A stretch of DNA of 43,250 nucleotides, taken from NCBI GenBank assembly GCA_036390495.1, contig DASWBR010000203.1, positions 1-43,250 of the forward strand. The letters run 5' to 3'. Positions 35,647 to 42,994 of the stretch are shown here, one piece after another. The notes under the pieces were generated by a model, which did no database searches, was not told where the DNA came from, and worked only from the letters and a program-made list of their open reading frames with translations. A program made the translations under genes and the position numbers. Each line of letters starts with the position of its first letter. Position 1 is the stretch's first letter. Source of the DNA: Candidatus Deferrimicrobiaceae bacterium (GTDB lineage: Bacteria; Desulfobacterota; Deferrimicrobia; Deferrimicrobiales; Deferrimicrobiaceae).

Positions 35647-36384
35647 ATGAACGTCGAGTACCACCGCTGGTGGAGCCGGTCCCTCGGGCAGGACATGGAG
35701 CTGAAGGTGTACGGCCACGCGGGGAAACCGGTGGTGGTGTTCCCCTGCCAGGGGGGACGCTTCTTCGAGTACGAGGATTTCGGGATGGTGGAGGCGTGCC
35801 GTTCCTTCGTCGAGGGGGGGGCGGTGACGCTCATCACGGTGGACGGGGTGGACGGCCAGTCGTGGACGAACCGGGGAGCGCACCCCGCGGATCGCGCGCG
35901 GCGGCACAACGACTACGACCGGTACATCGTGGAGGAGGTGGCGCCGTTCGTCCGGACGTTGCGGCCGCAGGCCTCCGGGGCCCTCGCCACGGGGTGCAGC
36001 ATGGGGGCGTACCACTCCGCGAACTTCTTCTTTCGCCACCCCGACGTCTTCGATGCCGTGATTGCCCTTTCCGGGGTGTACAAGCTCACCGACTTCGTCG
36101 GCGACTACGTGGACGACAACGTCTACTTCAACTCCCCCCTCCTGTACCTGCCGGGGTTGTCCGACCCGTGGTACCTCGACAGGTACCGGAGGAGCCAGAT
36201 CGTGGTGTGCGTGGGACAGGGGGCCTGGGAGGACCAGATGCTGGCGGACACCCGTGCGCTGCAGGGGATCCTTGCCTCGAAGGATATCCCCGCGTGGATC
36301 GACTTCTGGGGGCACGACGTCAACCACGACTGGCCGTGGTGGCGGCGCCAGATGCCGTACTTCCTGGGAAACCTGAAACTCTAG
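35647..36384 (+). CDS. Esterase-D-type alpha/beta hydrolase (putative esterase family)
   Basis: 245 aa with an ATG start 22 nt after the ATP-grasp stop, preceded by a G9 run. It has a nucleophile elbow (GCSMGAYHS), VVVFPCQGGRFFEYEDFGM, and a C-terminal WGHDVNHDWPWW that could supply the catalytic His/Asp. Confidence 0.75.
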   Translation: MNVEYHRWWSRSLGQDMELKVYGHAGKPVVVFPCQGGRFFEYEDFGMVEACRSFVEGGAVTLITVDGVDGQSWTNRGAHPADRARRHNDYDRYIVEEVAPFVRTLRPQASGALATGCSMGAYHSANFFFRHPDVFDAVIALSGVYKLTDFVGDYVDDNVYFNSPLLYLPGLSDPWYLDRYRRSQIVVCVGQGAWEDQMLADTRALQGILASKDIPAWIDFWGHDVNHDWPWWRRQMPYFLGNLKL

Positions 36385-36585
36385 CACCCGCTCTCCCGCC
36401 GCGTTTTCCGGGGTGGAACCGCTCGCGCCTTTCCCCCCGGTAGCCAGACCGGAATCCCCGGAATGTGTACTCCCGCGGAAACGGCCGTCCCTTCGCGGCC
36501 ATCTTATTAATGAAAAACAGGAAATCCTCGCGAACGGGCGCTCTCCGTTGGGGGGGGCGGACATCGGGTCCGGACGGGAAGCCGA

Positions 36586-39318
36586 ATGAGATTGTCGCGG
36601 AAACTCACCCTGGGATTCGTAGCCGTGGCCTCGCTGGTGGCAGTTGCGGGTATCTTCGGCCTGGCGGTGAGCCGGCAGATCGTCGGCCAGTTCGAGGGGG
36701 GGGAAACGCATTACCGCTCCACCGTGGCCAACGCGACGGCGGCGAGCCGCTACGCCAAGGACGCGCAGAGCGCGCTCGTCGTCTACCTGATGTTGCACGA
36801 CCCGAGGGACAGGGAAAATCACCTGCGGGGGATGTCCCGGCTCGTGGAAACCGTGGCCCTGCTCGACGGACAGGTGAAAATCCCGAAAGCCCGCCGGATC
36901 GTCGAGCAGATGAAGGGCAGACTTTCGGTGTTCCAGGCCCAATGTACCGACCTGCTGGAGCGATACGACCGGGAGAGCGCCCGGGGCGGATTCCTCCCCC
37001 GGAACCACGCGCTCCTTTTCCGGGAGATGAACCGCATCGGCTCCTCTATCCGGCAGGACGGGGTGGACCTCGCTGCCGTCGAGACGGACTTCCTGAACAA
37101 GCAGACGGCTATCACGGCCGCCACGCAAGTCAGCAGCTACGCGAAACGGGCGGAGGGGCACATGATGGTGTACCTGGCCCTGCAGAACCCGGTGGAAAGG
37201 GAGGTGTTCGGGAAACGGATTGCCGCCCTGAAGGAACAGGTGGCCGTCCTGGAGGAGCGGGTGGAGGACGAGGAAGGGAAGGCGATCCTTTCGGACATCC
37301 GCGGCGGTACCGAACGGCTCCTCCAGGCCGGCAACGGCCTGCTGGCGTTCCTCGACGGGGACGCCAGCCCGAACGGGAGGTTCAACCCGAAAGATCAACA
37401 GGACCGGATCCGGGAGGTCCACCAGGCCGCCTCGGAGGTGCAGGACGCCGGGGGCCGGCTGGCGGACCACAGCACCCGCCTCGAGAGGGAGAGCAAGGAC
37501 CGGGCGGTCCGGCAGGCCCATTCCGTCGCGTACAGCATCCTCCTGGTCGCGGGGATCACCATGCTCCTGGCGGTGGCCTTCGGGTATTTCTTCTCCCGGC
37601 GCATAGCGGACCCGCTGAAACGGCTCGGCGAGGCGGCGGCCCGGATCGGGAAGGGAGACCTGGACACGCAGATCGACCGGGGGGGGGACAACGAGATCGG
37701 CGACATGGCCCGGAGCATCCACCGGATGGCGGCCGACCTGAAGACCACGATGGTCTCCCGGGACCACATCGAAAACGTCCTCCAGTCGATGAACGACTGC
37801 CTCGCCGTGGTCGACCTCCACTGGAGGGTCCGCACCGTGAACCGCGCCCTCTGCGAGATGCTCGGATACGAACCGGAAGATCTCCAGGGGAGTCCCGCCG
37901 CCCGGCTCTTCGGGGAGGACACCGAGATCCTGGATTCGGCGAGGAAGGATCTGCTGGAGATCGGTTATTTCCGCAACGTGGAAAAAACCTGCCACACGAA
38001 GGACGGACGGGAAATTGCCGTGCTGCTTTCCGGGTCGCTGATGCGCGACCCCGCCGGCCAACCGCAGGCCATGGTGTTCGTCGCGAAGGACATCCGCGAC
38101 CGGAAACGGGCCGAGGAGGAGTTGCGCCTCTCCGAGGAACGGTTCCGGCAGCTGTTCGAGCAGACCGACGAGCCGCTCCTGCTCTTCCCGGAGGGAACCA
38201 GCGGGATCGCCGACGCAAACCCCGCCGCGGTCGACCTGTACGGGTACTCGCGGGACGAGCTCGTCGCCGGCGGACCGTCACTGTTCGTGCCCCCGGAGCA
38301 CCGGGAGGAATTCTCGTCGGCGATCCGGGGGATCGGCCCGGGACGCGGCATTTCCATCGAGAAGTCCACGCACGTGCGGCGGGGGGGGGAGAGACGGTTC
38401 GTCTCGATCAAGGGGAAATCGATCCTCCTGCGGAGCGGAAGGATCGTCTACTGCACAGTCCGGGACATCACGGTGCGGATCCGGATGGAGGAGGAGGCGA
38501 GGCGCCAGCAGGCGTGGCTGATCCACGCAAACAGGATGGCGTCCCTGGGGGCCGTCGTTTCGGGAGTGGCACACGAGGTCAACAACCCGAACAACGCGAT
38601 CATGTTCAACACCCCAATCGTCCTCTCGGCGTGGCGGGACGTGGCGGACGTCCTGGAGAGACAATACCGGGAACAGGGCGACTTCCCGGTGGGGGGGATG
38701 CCGTACTCCGAGATGCGGGAGGCGGTCCCCCGGATGATCCGGGGGATCTCCGAGGCCTCGTCGCGGATCCGGTACATCGTCGCGACCCTGAAGGATTACG
38801 CCCGTCGGAAGGATGCCGGGCCGGCCGAACGGTTCCAAGTCAACGACGTCGTCCGGGCAACCGTCGAAATCCTGAACCACGAGATCCTCAAGGGGACCCG
38901 CGACTTCCGGGTGACATACGGCGAGGGATTGCCGCCCGTGGAGGGGACCGCCGCGGAGCTGGAGCAGGTGGTCATGAACCTGATCCAGAACGCGCTCCAG
39001 GCCCTCCCCGACCCCCGCATGGGGATCCGGGTCTCCACGGCGTTCCGGGAGGAGACGGGCCACGTGGTCATCGCCGTGACGGACGAGGGGAGCGGCATGG
39101 CCCCGGAGATCCTGGGCCGGATCACGGAGCCGTTCTTCTCCACGAAGCGCGATTCGGGCGGGCTGGGGCTGGGGCTGTCGATCTCCCATGCCATCATGGA
39201 GAAACACGGGGGGACGTTGACGTTCCGGTCCGACGTGGGACGCGGCACGGAAGCGTGCGCCGCGCTGCCGGCCGCGAAACCTCGGGCTACTTCCTTTCCC
39301 GAGGCAGTTTCGCTTTGA
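36586..39318 (+). CDS. Membrane sensor histidine kinase: a large helical periplasmic domain, HAMP, two PAS domains, HisKA-like and HATPase_c
   Basis: 910 aa with an ATG start. TM1 is at about residues 8-30 and TM2 at about 316-337. HAMP reads RRIADPLKRLGEAAARIGKGDLDT, with two PAS-like blocks (LQSMNDCLAVVD...; FEQTDEPLLLF...). The H-box is SGVAHEVNNPNNAI, the N-box is MNLIQNALQA and the G-boxes are VTDEGSGMAPE and GGLGLGLSISHAIMEKHGG. Confidence 0.9.
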   Translation: MRLSRKLTLGFVAVASLVAVAGIFGLAVSRQIVGQFEGGETHYRSTVANATAASRYAKDAQSALVVYLMLHDPRDRENHLRGMSRLVETVALLDGQVKIPKARRIVEQMKGRLSVFQAQCTDLLERYDRESARGGFLPRNHALLFREMNRIGSSIRQDGVDLAAVETDFLNKQTAITAATQVSSYAKRAEGHMMVYLALQNPVEREVFGKRIAALKEQVAVLEERVEDEEGKAILSDIRGGTERLLQAGNGLLAFLDGDASPNGRFNPKDQQDRIREVHQAASEVQDAGGRLADHSTRLERESKDRAVRQAHSVAYSILLVAGITMLLAVAFGYFFSRRIADPLKRLGEAAARIGKGDLDTQIDRGGDNEIGDMARSIHRMAADLKTTMVSRDHIENVLQSMNDCLAVVDLHWRVRTVNRALCEMLGYEPEDLQGSPAARLFGEDTEILDSARKDLLEIGYFRNVEKTCHTKDGREIAVLLSGSLMRDPAGQPQAMVFVAKDIRDRKRAEEELRLSEERFRQLFEQTDEPLLLFPEGTSGIADANPAAVDLYGYSRDELVAGGPSLFVPPEHREEFSSAIRGIGPGRGISIEKSTHVRRGGERRFVSIKGKSILLRSGRIVYCTVRDITVRIRMEEEARRQQAWLIHANRMASLGAVVSGVAHEVNNPNNAIMFNTPIVLSAWRDVADVLERQYREQGDFPVGGMPYSEMREAVPRMIRGISEASSRIRYIVATLKDYARRKDAGPAERFQVNDVVRATVEILNHEILKGTRDFRVTYGEGLPPVEGTAAELEQVVMNLIQNALQALPDPRMGIRVSTAFREETGHVVIAVTDEGSGMAPEILGRITEPFFSTKRDSGGLGLGLSISHAIMEKHGGTLTFRSDVGRGTEACAALPAAKPRATSFPEAVSL

Positions 39319-40498
39319 GGGCCTCCCCGAGGGAGCCCAGGGAAGGGCTTTCCGCGGGTGCGGAGAGATATTTACGGTAATCGTCCTCCGCCTCGCCGGG
39401 AGAATCCGCGGCGCCCGCCGCGGCGAGGGAGAGGGACACCCGCCGCTTCTCCCGGTCCACGGACTCCACCCGGACCTCCAGTTCCTGCCCCGCCCGCACC
39501 GCCTCGGAGGGGTGTTTCAACCGCTTCCCGCCCCCCAGCCTCGAGACGTGCAGCAGCCCGTCGATCCCGCCGCCGAGCGAGACGAACGCGCCGAAGGCGG
39601 TCAGGCGCGACACCGTCCCGACGTGGCGCGACCCGGCGGGGAACCGCTCCGCGGCGGCTTCCCACGGGTCGGCGAGCGTCTTCTTCAGGCTGAAGGAGAA
39701 GCGCTGGTTGGCCCAGTCGAGGCGGGTGATCGCCACCTCGACCACCTGGCCCGGGGAGAGGAGTTCGCGCAGGTCCGCCACCCTCTCCCAGCCGATCTCC
39801 GACACGGGCAGCAGCCCCTCGATCGGGCCGATGTTCACGAAGGCGCCGAAATCCCGCACGGAGGTGACCGTCCCCTTGACCACCATCCCTTCCGCGAGAG
39901 TGCCTCTCAGCGCCTCCCGCTTCCGCTCCTCTTCCTCTTCCAGAATCACGCGCCGCGAAACGACGATGTTCCTTCCCTTTTCGTCGAACCGGGTGATCCG
40001 GAACGGCTCGCGCTTCCCGATCTGTTCCCCGGCATCCTTTGCCCGGGGCAACGCCATCTGGGAGTGGGGGCAGAACGCCCTGGAGCCGCCGGCGAGGCGC
40101 ACCTCGTACCCCCCCTTGACCTCCTTCACCACCAGCCCGTCCACGGGGATGCCGGAACGCCACGCCTCCTCGAGCTGTGCCGCCCCGGCCGCGCCCCCCG
40201 CCACGCGGGTGGTGAAGAGCATCTCGCTCCCTTCCGCGGAGACGAAGTAGGCCGGAAGGGTGTCCCCCTCGCGGACGCGGAGTTTCCCCTCCTCGTCCAT
40301 CAGTTCCTTTGCCGCGACGACCCCCTCCCCCTTCCTCCCCAGGTCGAGGAAGACCCAGTCGGGGGTCACCTTGATGACCGGCGCCGAGATTTTCTGCCCC
40401 GGCTCGTACCGGGACGGCGCGACGAAGCTCTGTTCGAAGAGATCCGCGAAGCTCTCTTCCCCGTCGTTCCCCTTCCTGTTCCCGTCTTCCGGCTCCAT
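39287..40498 (-). CDS. Multi-S1-domain RNA-binding protein (ribosomal protein S1-like, short form)
   Basis: Track ORF 39287..40609 trimmed to the ATG at 40498 (MEPEDGNRKG...), giving 403 aa. It has repeated S1/OB blocks (GMVVKGTVTSVRDFGAFVNIG..EGLLPVSE; HVGTVSRLTAFGAFVSLGGGIDGLLHVS). Its 3' end overlaps the 3' end of the convergent kinase gene by 32 nt. Confidence 0.85.
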   Translation of the reverse strand: MEPEDGNRKGNDGEESFADLFEQSFVAPSRYEPGQKISAPVIKVTPDWVFLDLGRKGEGVVAAKELMDEEGKLRVREGDTLPAYFVSAEGSEMLFTTRVAGGAAGAAQLEEAWRSGIPVDGLVVKEVKGGYEVRLAGGSRAFCPHSQMALPRAKDAGEQIGKREPFRITRFDEKGRNIVVSRRVILEEEEERKREALRGTLAEGMVVKGTVTSVRDFGAFVNIGPIEGLLPVSEIGWERVADLRELLSPGQVVEVAITRLDWANQRFSFSLKKTLADPWEAAAERFPAGSRHVGTVSRLTAFGAFVSLGGGIDGLLHVSRLGGGKRLKHPSEAVRAGQELEVRVESVDREKRRVSLSLAAAGAADSPGEAEDDYRKYLSAPAESPSLGSLGEALKAKLPRERK

Positions 40499-40529
40499 GC
40501 GTCCCTTCCCTTGGAGATTCTTCCCGTGT

Positions 40530-40877
40530 CTACCCGAGGAGTTTCGCCAGGCGGTCGCGCTGGCGCCCGATCCGCTCCTGCCCCTCCTCGAGGGCGGAGA
40601 GCACCGCATCCCGCGACTCCTTCGCCAGGTCCTTCCCCTTGTCCAGCAGTTCCTCCGCCTTCTCCTCCACGGCCTCCGCCATGTCGACGACGCTCTCGGC
40701 GACCTCTCCCGCCAATCCCTCGACTTTCCGGCGCGCCTTGCGGGCGTACCGGGAGATGTCCCGCCGCGTTTCCTTCCCCGACTGCGGGGCGACCAGCAGG
40801 GCCACGCCGGCCCCCAGGATCGCCCCCGCCAGCACCAGCAGCGCCCCCGTCATCACCTTGTTGTCGCTCTCGTCCAT
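40530..40877 (-). CDS. YtxH-domain small membrane-anchored protein (general-stress type)
   Basis: 115 aa with an ATG start. It has an N-terminal TM segment (GALLVLAGAILGAGVALLVAPQSGKETR, the YtxH signature) followed by charged helical repeats. Confidence 0.75.
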   Translation of the reverse strand: MDESDNKVMTGALLVLAGAILGAGVALLVAPQSGKETRRDISRYARKARRKVEGLAGEVAESVVDMAEAVEEKAEELLDKGKDLAKESRDAVLSALEEGQERIGRQRDRLAKLLG

Positions 40878-41003
40878 GGGCCACCTCCGGCGTATTGTCC
40901 GGCATCACGTCCGGTTACCAGTGTACCGCTTCCCCCGCCCGGGAAACAGCGCCGGGTGGGACGGCATCCCATTTTGCGATTCCACGGAAAGGAAGGCCAC
41001 CCG

Positions 41004-41966
41004 ATGAAAGCCATCGTCATCCGCGAGTTCGGCCCCCCGGAGGTCATGCGACTTGAGGAGGTTCCCGCCCCTTCCCCGGGCCCCGGGCAACTGCTGGTGC
41101 GCATCCGGGCCGCCGGGGTGAATCCCGTAGAAACATACATCCGTTCCGGAACTTATACCCGAACGCCATCCCTGCCCTACACGCCCGGCTCCGATGCCGC
41201 CGGGGTGGTGGAAAAGACGGGGGACGGGGTGCGCTCCTTCGCCTCCGGGGACCGGGTTTACACATCCGGGACGGTGACGGGGGCGTACGCCGAACTGGCG
41301 GTGTGCGACGCCTCCCGGGTCCACCCGCTTCCGGAGAACGTGACTTTCGCGCAGGGAGCCGCGGTCGGAATACCGTACGCCACCGCCTGGCGGGCGCTGT
41401 TCCAGAAGGCGAAGGCCCTCCCCGGCGAGACGGTGCTCGTCCACGGGGCGAGCGGCGGGGTGGGCGTCGCCGCGGTGCAGATCGCCCGGGCCGCCGGGTT
41501 GCACGTGATCGGGACGGCGGGCACCGCGGAGGGGATCGAGCTCGCGCTTCGGGAAGGCGCCCACCACGCCTTCGACCACCGCGCCACCGGCTACCTCGAA
41601 AGGGCGGTCGCCCTCACGGGGGGACGCGGGTTCGACGCGATCCTCGAGATGCTCGCCAACGTGAATCTCCCCAGGGACCTCAAGGCCCTCGCGATGGGCG
41701 GCCGGGTCGTGGTGATCGGGAGCCGGGGAACCGCGGAGATCGATCCCCGGGACACGATGGGGAGGGACGCGTCCATCGTCGGGATGTCGCTGTTCAACCT
41801 GCCGGACGCCGACCGGTTCACCGTCCACGCCGCCCTCGTCGCGGGGCTCGGGAACGGCACGCTGCGGCCCGTGGTCGGGCGCGAGATGCCGCTCGCGTCG
41901 GCGGCGGAGAGCCACGCCGCCGTGATGGCGCCCGGGGCGAAGGGGAAGATCGTCCTGGTGCCGTGA
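41004..41966 (+). CDS. qor: NADPH:quinone oxidoreductase / zeta-crystallin-type medium-chain dehydrogenase
   Basis: Track ORF 40260..41966 trimmed to the ATG at 41004 (MKAIVIREFGPPEVMRLEEVP...), giving 320 aa. AAGVNPVETYIRSG, PYTPGSDAAGVV and the nucleotide-binding VLVHGASGGVGVAAVQIA are typical. GGAAAGGAAGG lies upstream. Confidence 0.88.
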   Translation: MKAIVIREFGPPEVMRLEEVPAPSPGPGQLLVRIRAAGVNPVETYIRSGTYTRTPSLPYTPGSDAAGVVEKTGDGVRSFASGDRVYTSGTVTGAYAELAVCDASRVHPLPENVTFAQGAAVGIPYATAWRALFQKAKALPGETVLVHGASGGVGVAAVQIARAAGLHVIGTAGTAEGIELALREGAHHAFDHRATGYLERAVALTGGRGFDAILEMLANVNLPRDLKALAMGGRVVVIGSRGTAEIDPRDTMGRDASIVGMSLFNLPDADRFTVHAALVAGLGNGTLRPVVGREMPLASAAESHAAVMAPGAKGKIVLVP

Positions 41967-41974
41967 GAAAAAGA

Positions 41975-41998
41975 GGGGCGGGCCTTCGGGCCCGCCCC
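41975..41998. terminator. Bidirectional intrinsic terminator hairpin between the convergent qor and OMP genes
   Basis: GGGGCGGGCC-ttcg-GGCCCGCCCC is a perfect 10-bp stem. On the minus strand it is followed by TCTTTTTCTC (a U-tract for the OMP transcript). On the plus strand it is preceded by an A-rich run. Confidence 0.75.
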
Positions 41999-42029
41999 GG
42001 CAGGAAATCCGACTGCGAATCCGGTAAGA

Positions 42030-42671
42030 CTAGAAATTGTACCGCAGCGTCAGCATGACGTTGTGGCTGCTGTATTCCCCGTCGATCTTTTGGCCGCCGG
42101 TACCGATGACCTCGAACGAGGGATCGGTCGTCGCGAAATACCGGTAATCCAAGGCCATGGTGAACTCCTTGCTGACGTCGAACGCGATACCAGCGATGAA
42201 CTGGTAGGCGAAGACAAAGTCGTCGTCATCGATGACTTTTTGTCCCCCCACGGTCGGATCTTCCAAATTTTCGGACACCGATGCCCCACCAATACCGGCA
42301 CCGAGATACGGATAGACCTTCGGGGAAACCATGCGGAAGTCGTAATAGCCGTTCACCATCAGAGCCCAAGCAGTAGTCTCTCCACCGGCAGGAGCTGAAA
42401 GGCCAAAGGCGCTGACTTCCTTGTTGTCGTTCGACCGCCAGGAGAACTCCCCCTCCAGTCGATAGGTACCGAAATTGTACCCGCCGACCGCACCAATGGA
42501 ATAACCTGTATCGGTACTGAGTTCTCCGCTTCCGCCGGGTCCACTGATTTTCAAATCCGGGAGCCACACGGCACCCCCCTCGAGCCCTACGTACCCCCCT
42601 GCCGCAAAGGCCGGCGCCGCGACGAGGAAAAGAACCGTGGAAACCATGACGGCCAGGATCCCTCTCTTCAT
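42030..42671 (-). CDS. Small outer-membrane beta-barrel protein (OmpA-N/OMP_b-brl type)
   Basis: I prefer the ATG at 42671 (MKRGILAVMVSTVLFLVAAPAFAAGG, a signal peptide) because GGGAGGT lies 5 nt upstream. It shows alternating hydrophobic beta-strand periodicity and aromatic girdles, and ends in the terminal ..MLTLRYNF typical of OMPs. G+C content is visibly lower than in the rest of the window. Confidence 0.85.
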   Translation of the reverse strand: MKRGILAVMVSTVLFLVAAPAFAAGGYVGLEGGAVWLPDLKISGPGGSGELSTDTGYSIGAVGGYNFGTYRLEGEFSWRSNDNKEVSAFGLSAPAGGETTAWALMVNGYYDFRMVSPKVYPYLGAGIGGASVSENLEDPTVGGQKVIDDDDFVFAYQFIAGIAFDVSKEFTMALDYRYFATTDPSFEVIGTGGQKIDGEYSSHNVMLTLRYNF

Positions 42672-42723
42672 GAGACACCTCCCATGCATGTATTTCGCTC
42701 AACCGCGATGATGCATATTGCAT

Positions 42724-42753
42724 ACTGTATATAATCAAATGAATTGAAGTCAA
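42724..42753 (-). promoter_or_regulatory. Possible sigma70-type promoter of the OMP gene in an AT-rich spacer
   Basis: The minus strand reads TTGACT (42753-42748), an 18-nt spacer, then TACAGT (42729-42724). TATACA with a 16-nt spacer is an alternative -10. The spacer also contains three short palindromes. Confidence 0.35.
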
Positions 42754-42780
42754 TGAATATTCAAAAAGGTTGCGGTTCGC

Positions 42781-42864
42781 TCAGAACTCCCCGTCGAGGC
42801 GGGTCAGGCCCTTGTGCAGGGCGTCGGCGCGCGCCTCGCCCCACTCCGTCGGGGAAATCCGGCG
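42781..42864 (-). pseudogene. Orphan 3' fragment (27 codons plus stop) paralogous to the C-terminus of the neighbouring PflX-like radical-SAM gene
   Basis: The minus strand reads RRISPTEWGEARADALHKGLTRLDGEF*, against RRISSKEWGDARDYARGRGLTRLDGEV* at the end of the gene at 42995 (18/27 identical by manual alignment). It is immediately preceded by an in-frame TGA (42865-42867), and no start codon or upstream homology is visible. Confidence 0.65.
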
Positions 42865-42994
42865 TCAACAGGGCCCACGGAAAGGAACGGGCCCTTGCCC
42901 GATTTCAAGAACCTTCCCCGGCTACCCCGTTCCTGATCGCCATTCCGCATGTCTTGCGTGGTTCGCACCCACGGGGCGTCGGGGACGGCGGGGG

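Noticed and set aside
40963-40977. A sigma54-like GGCATCCCATTTTGC motif about 30 nt upstream of qor.
   Set aside because: The GG-to-GC spacing is one nucleotide longer than the strict -24/-12 spacing. There is also no enhancer-binding protein gene nearby.
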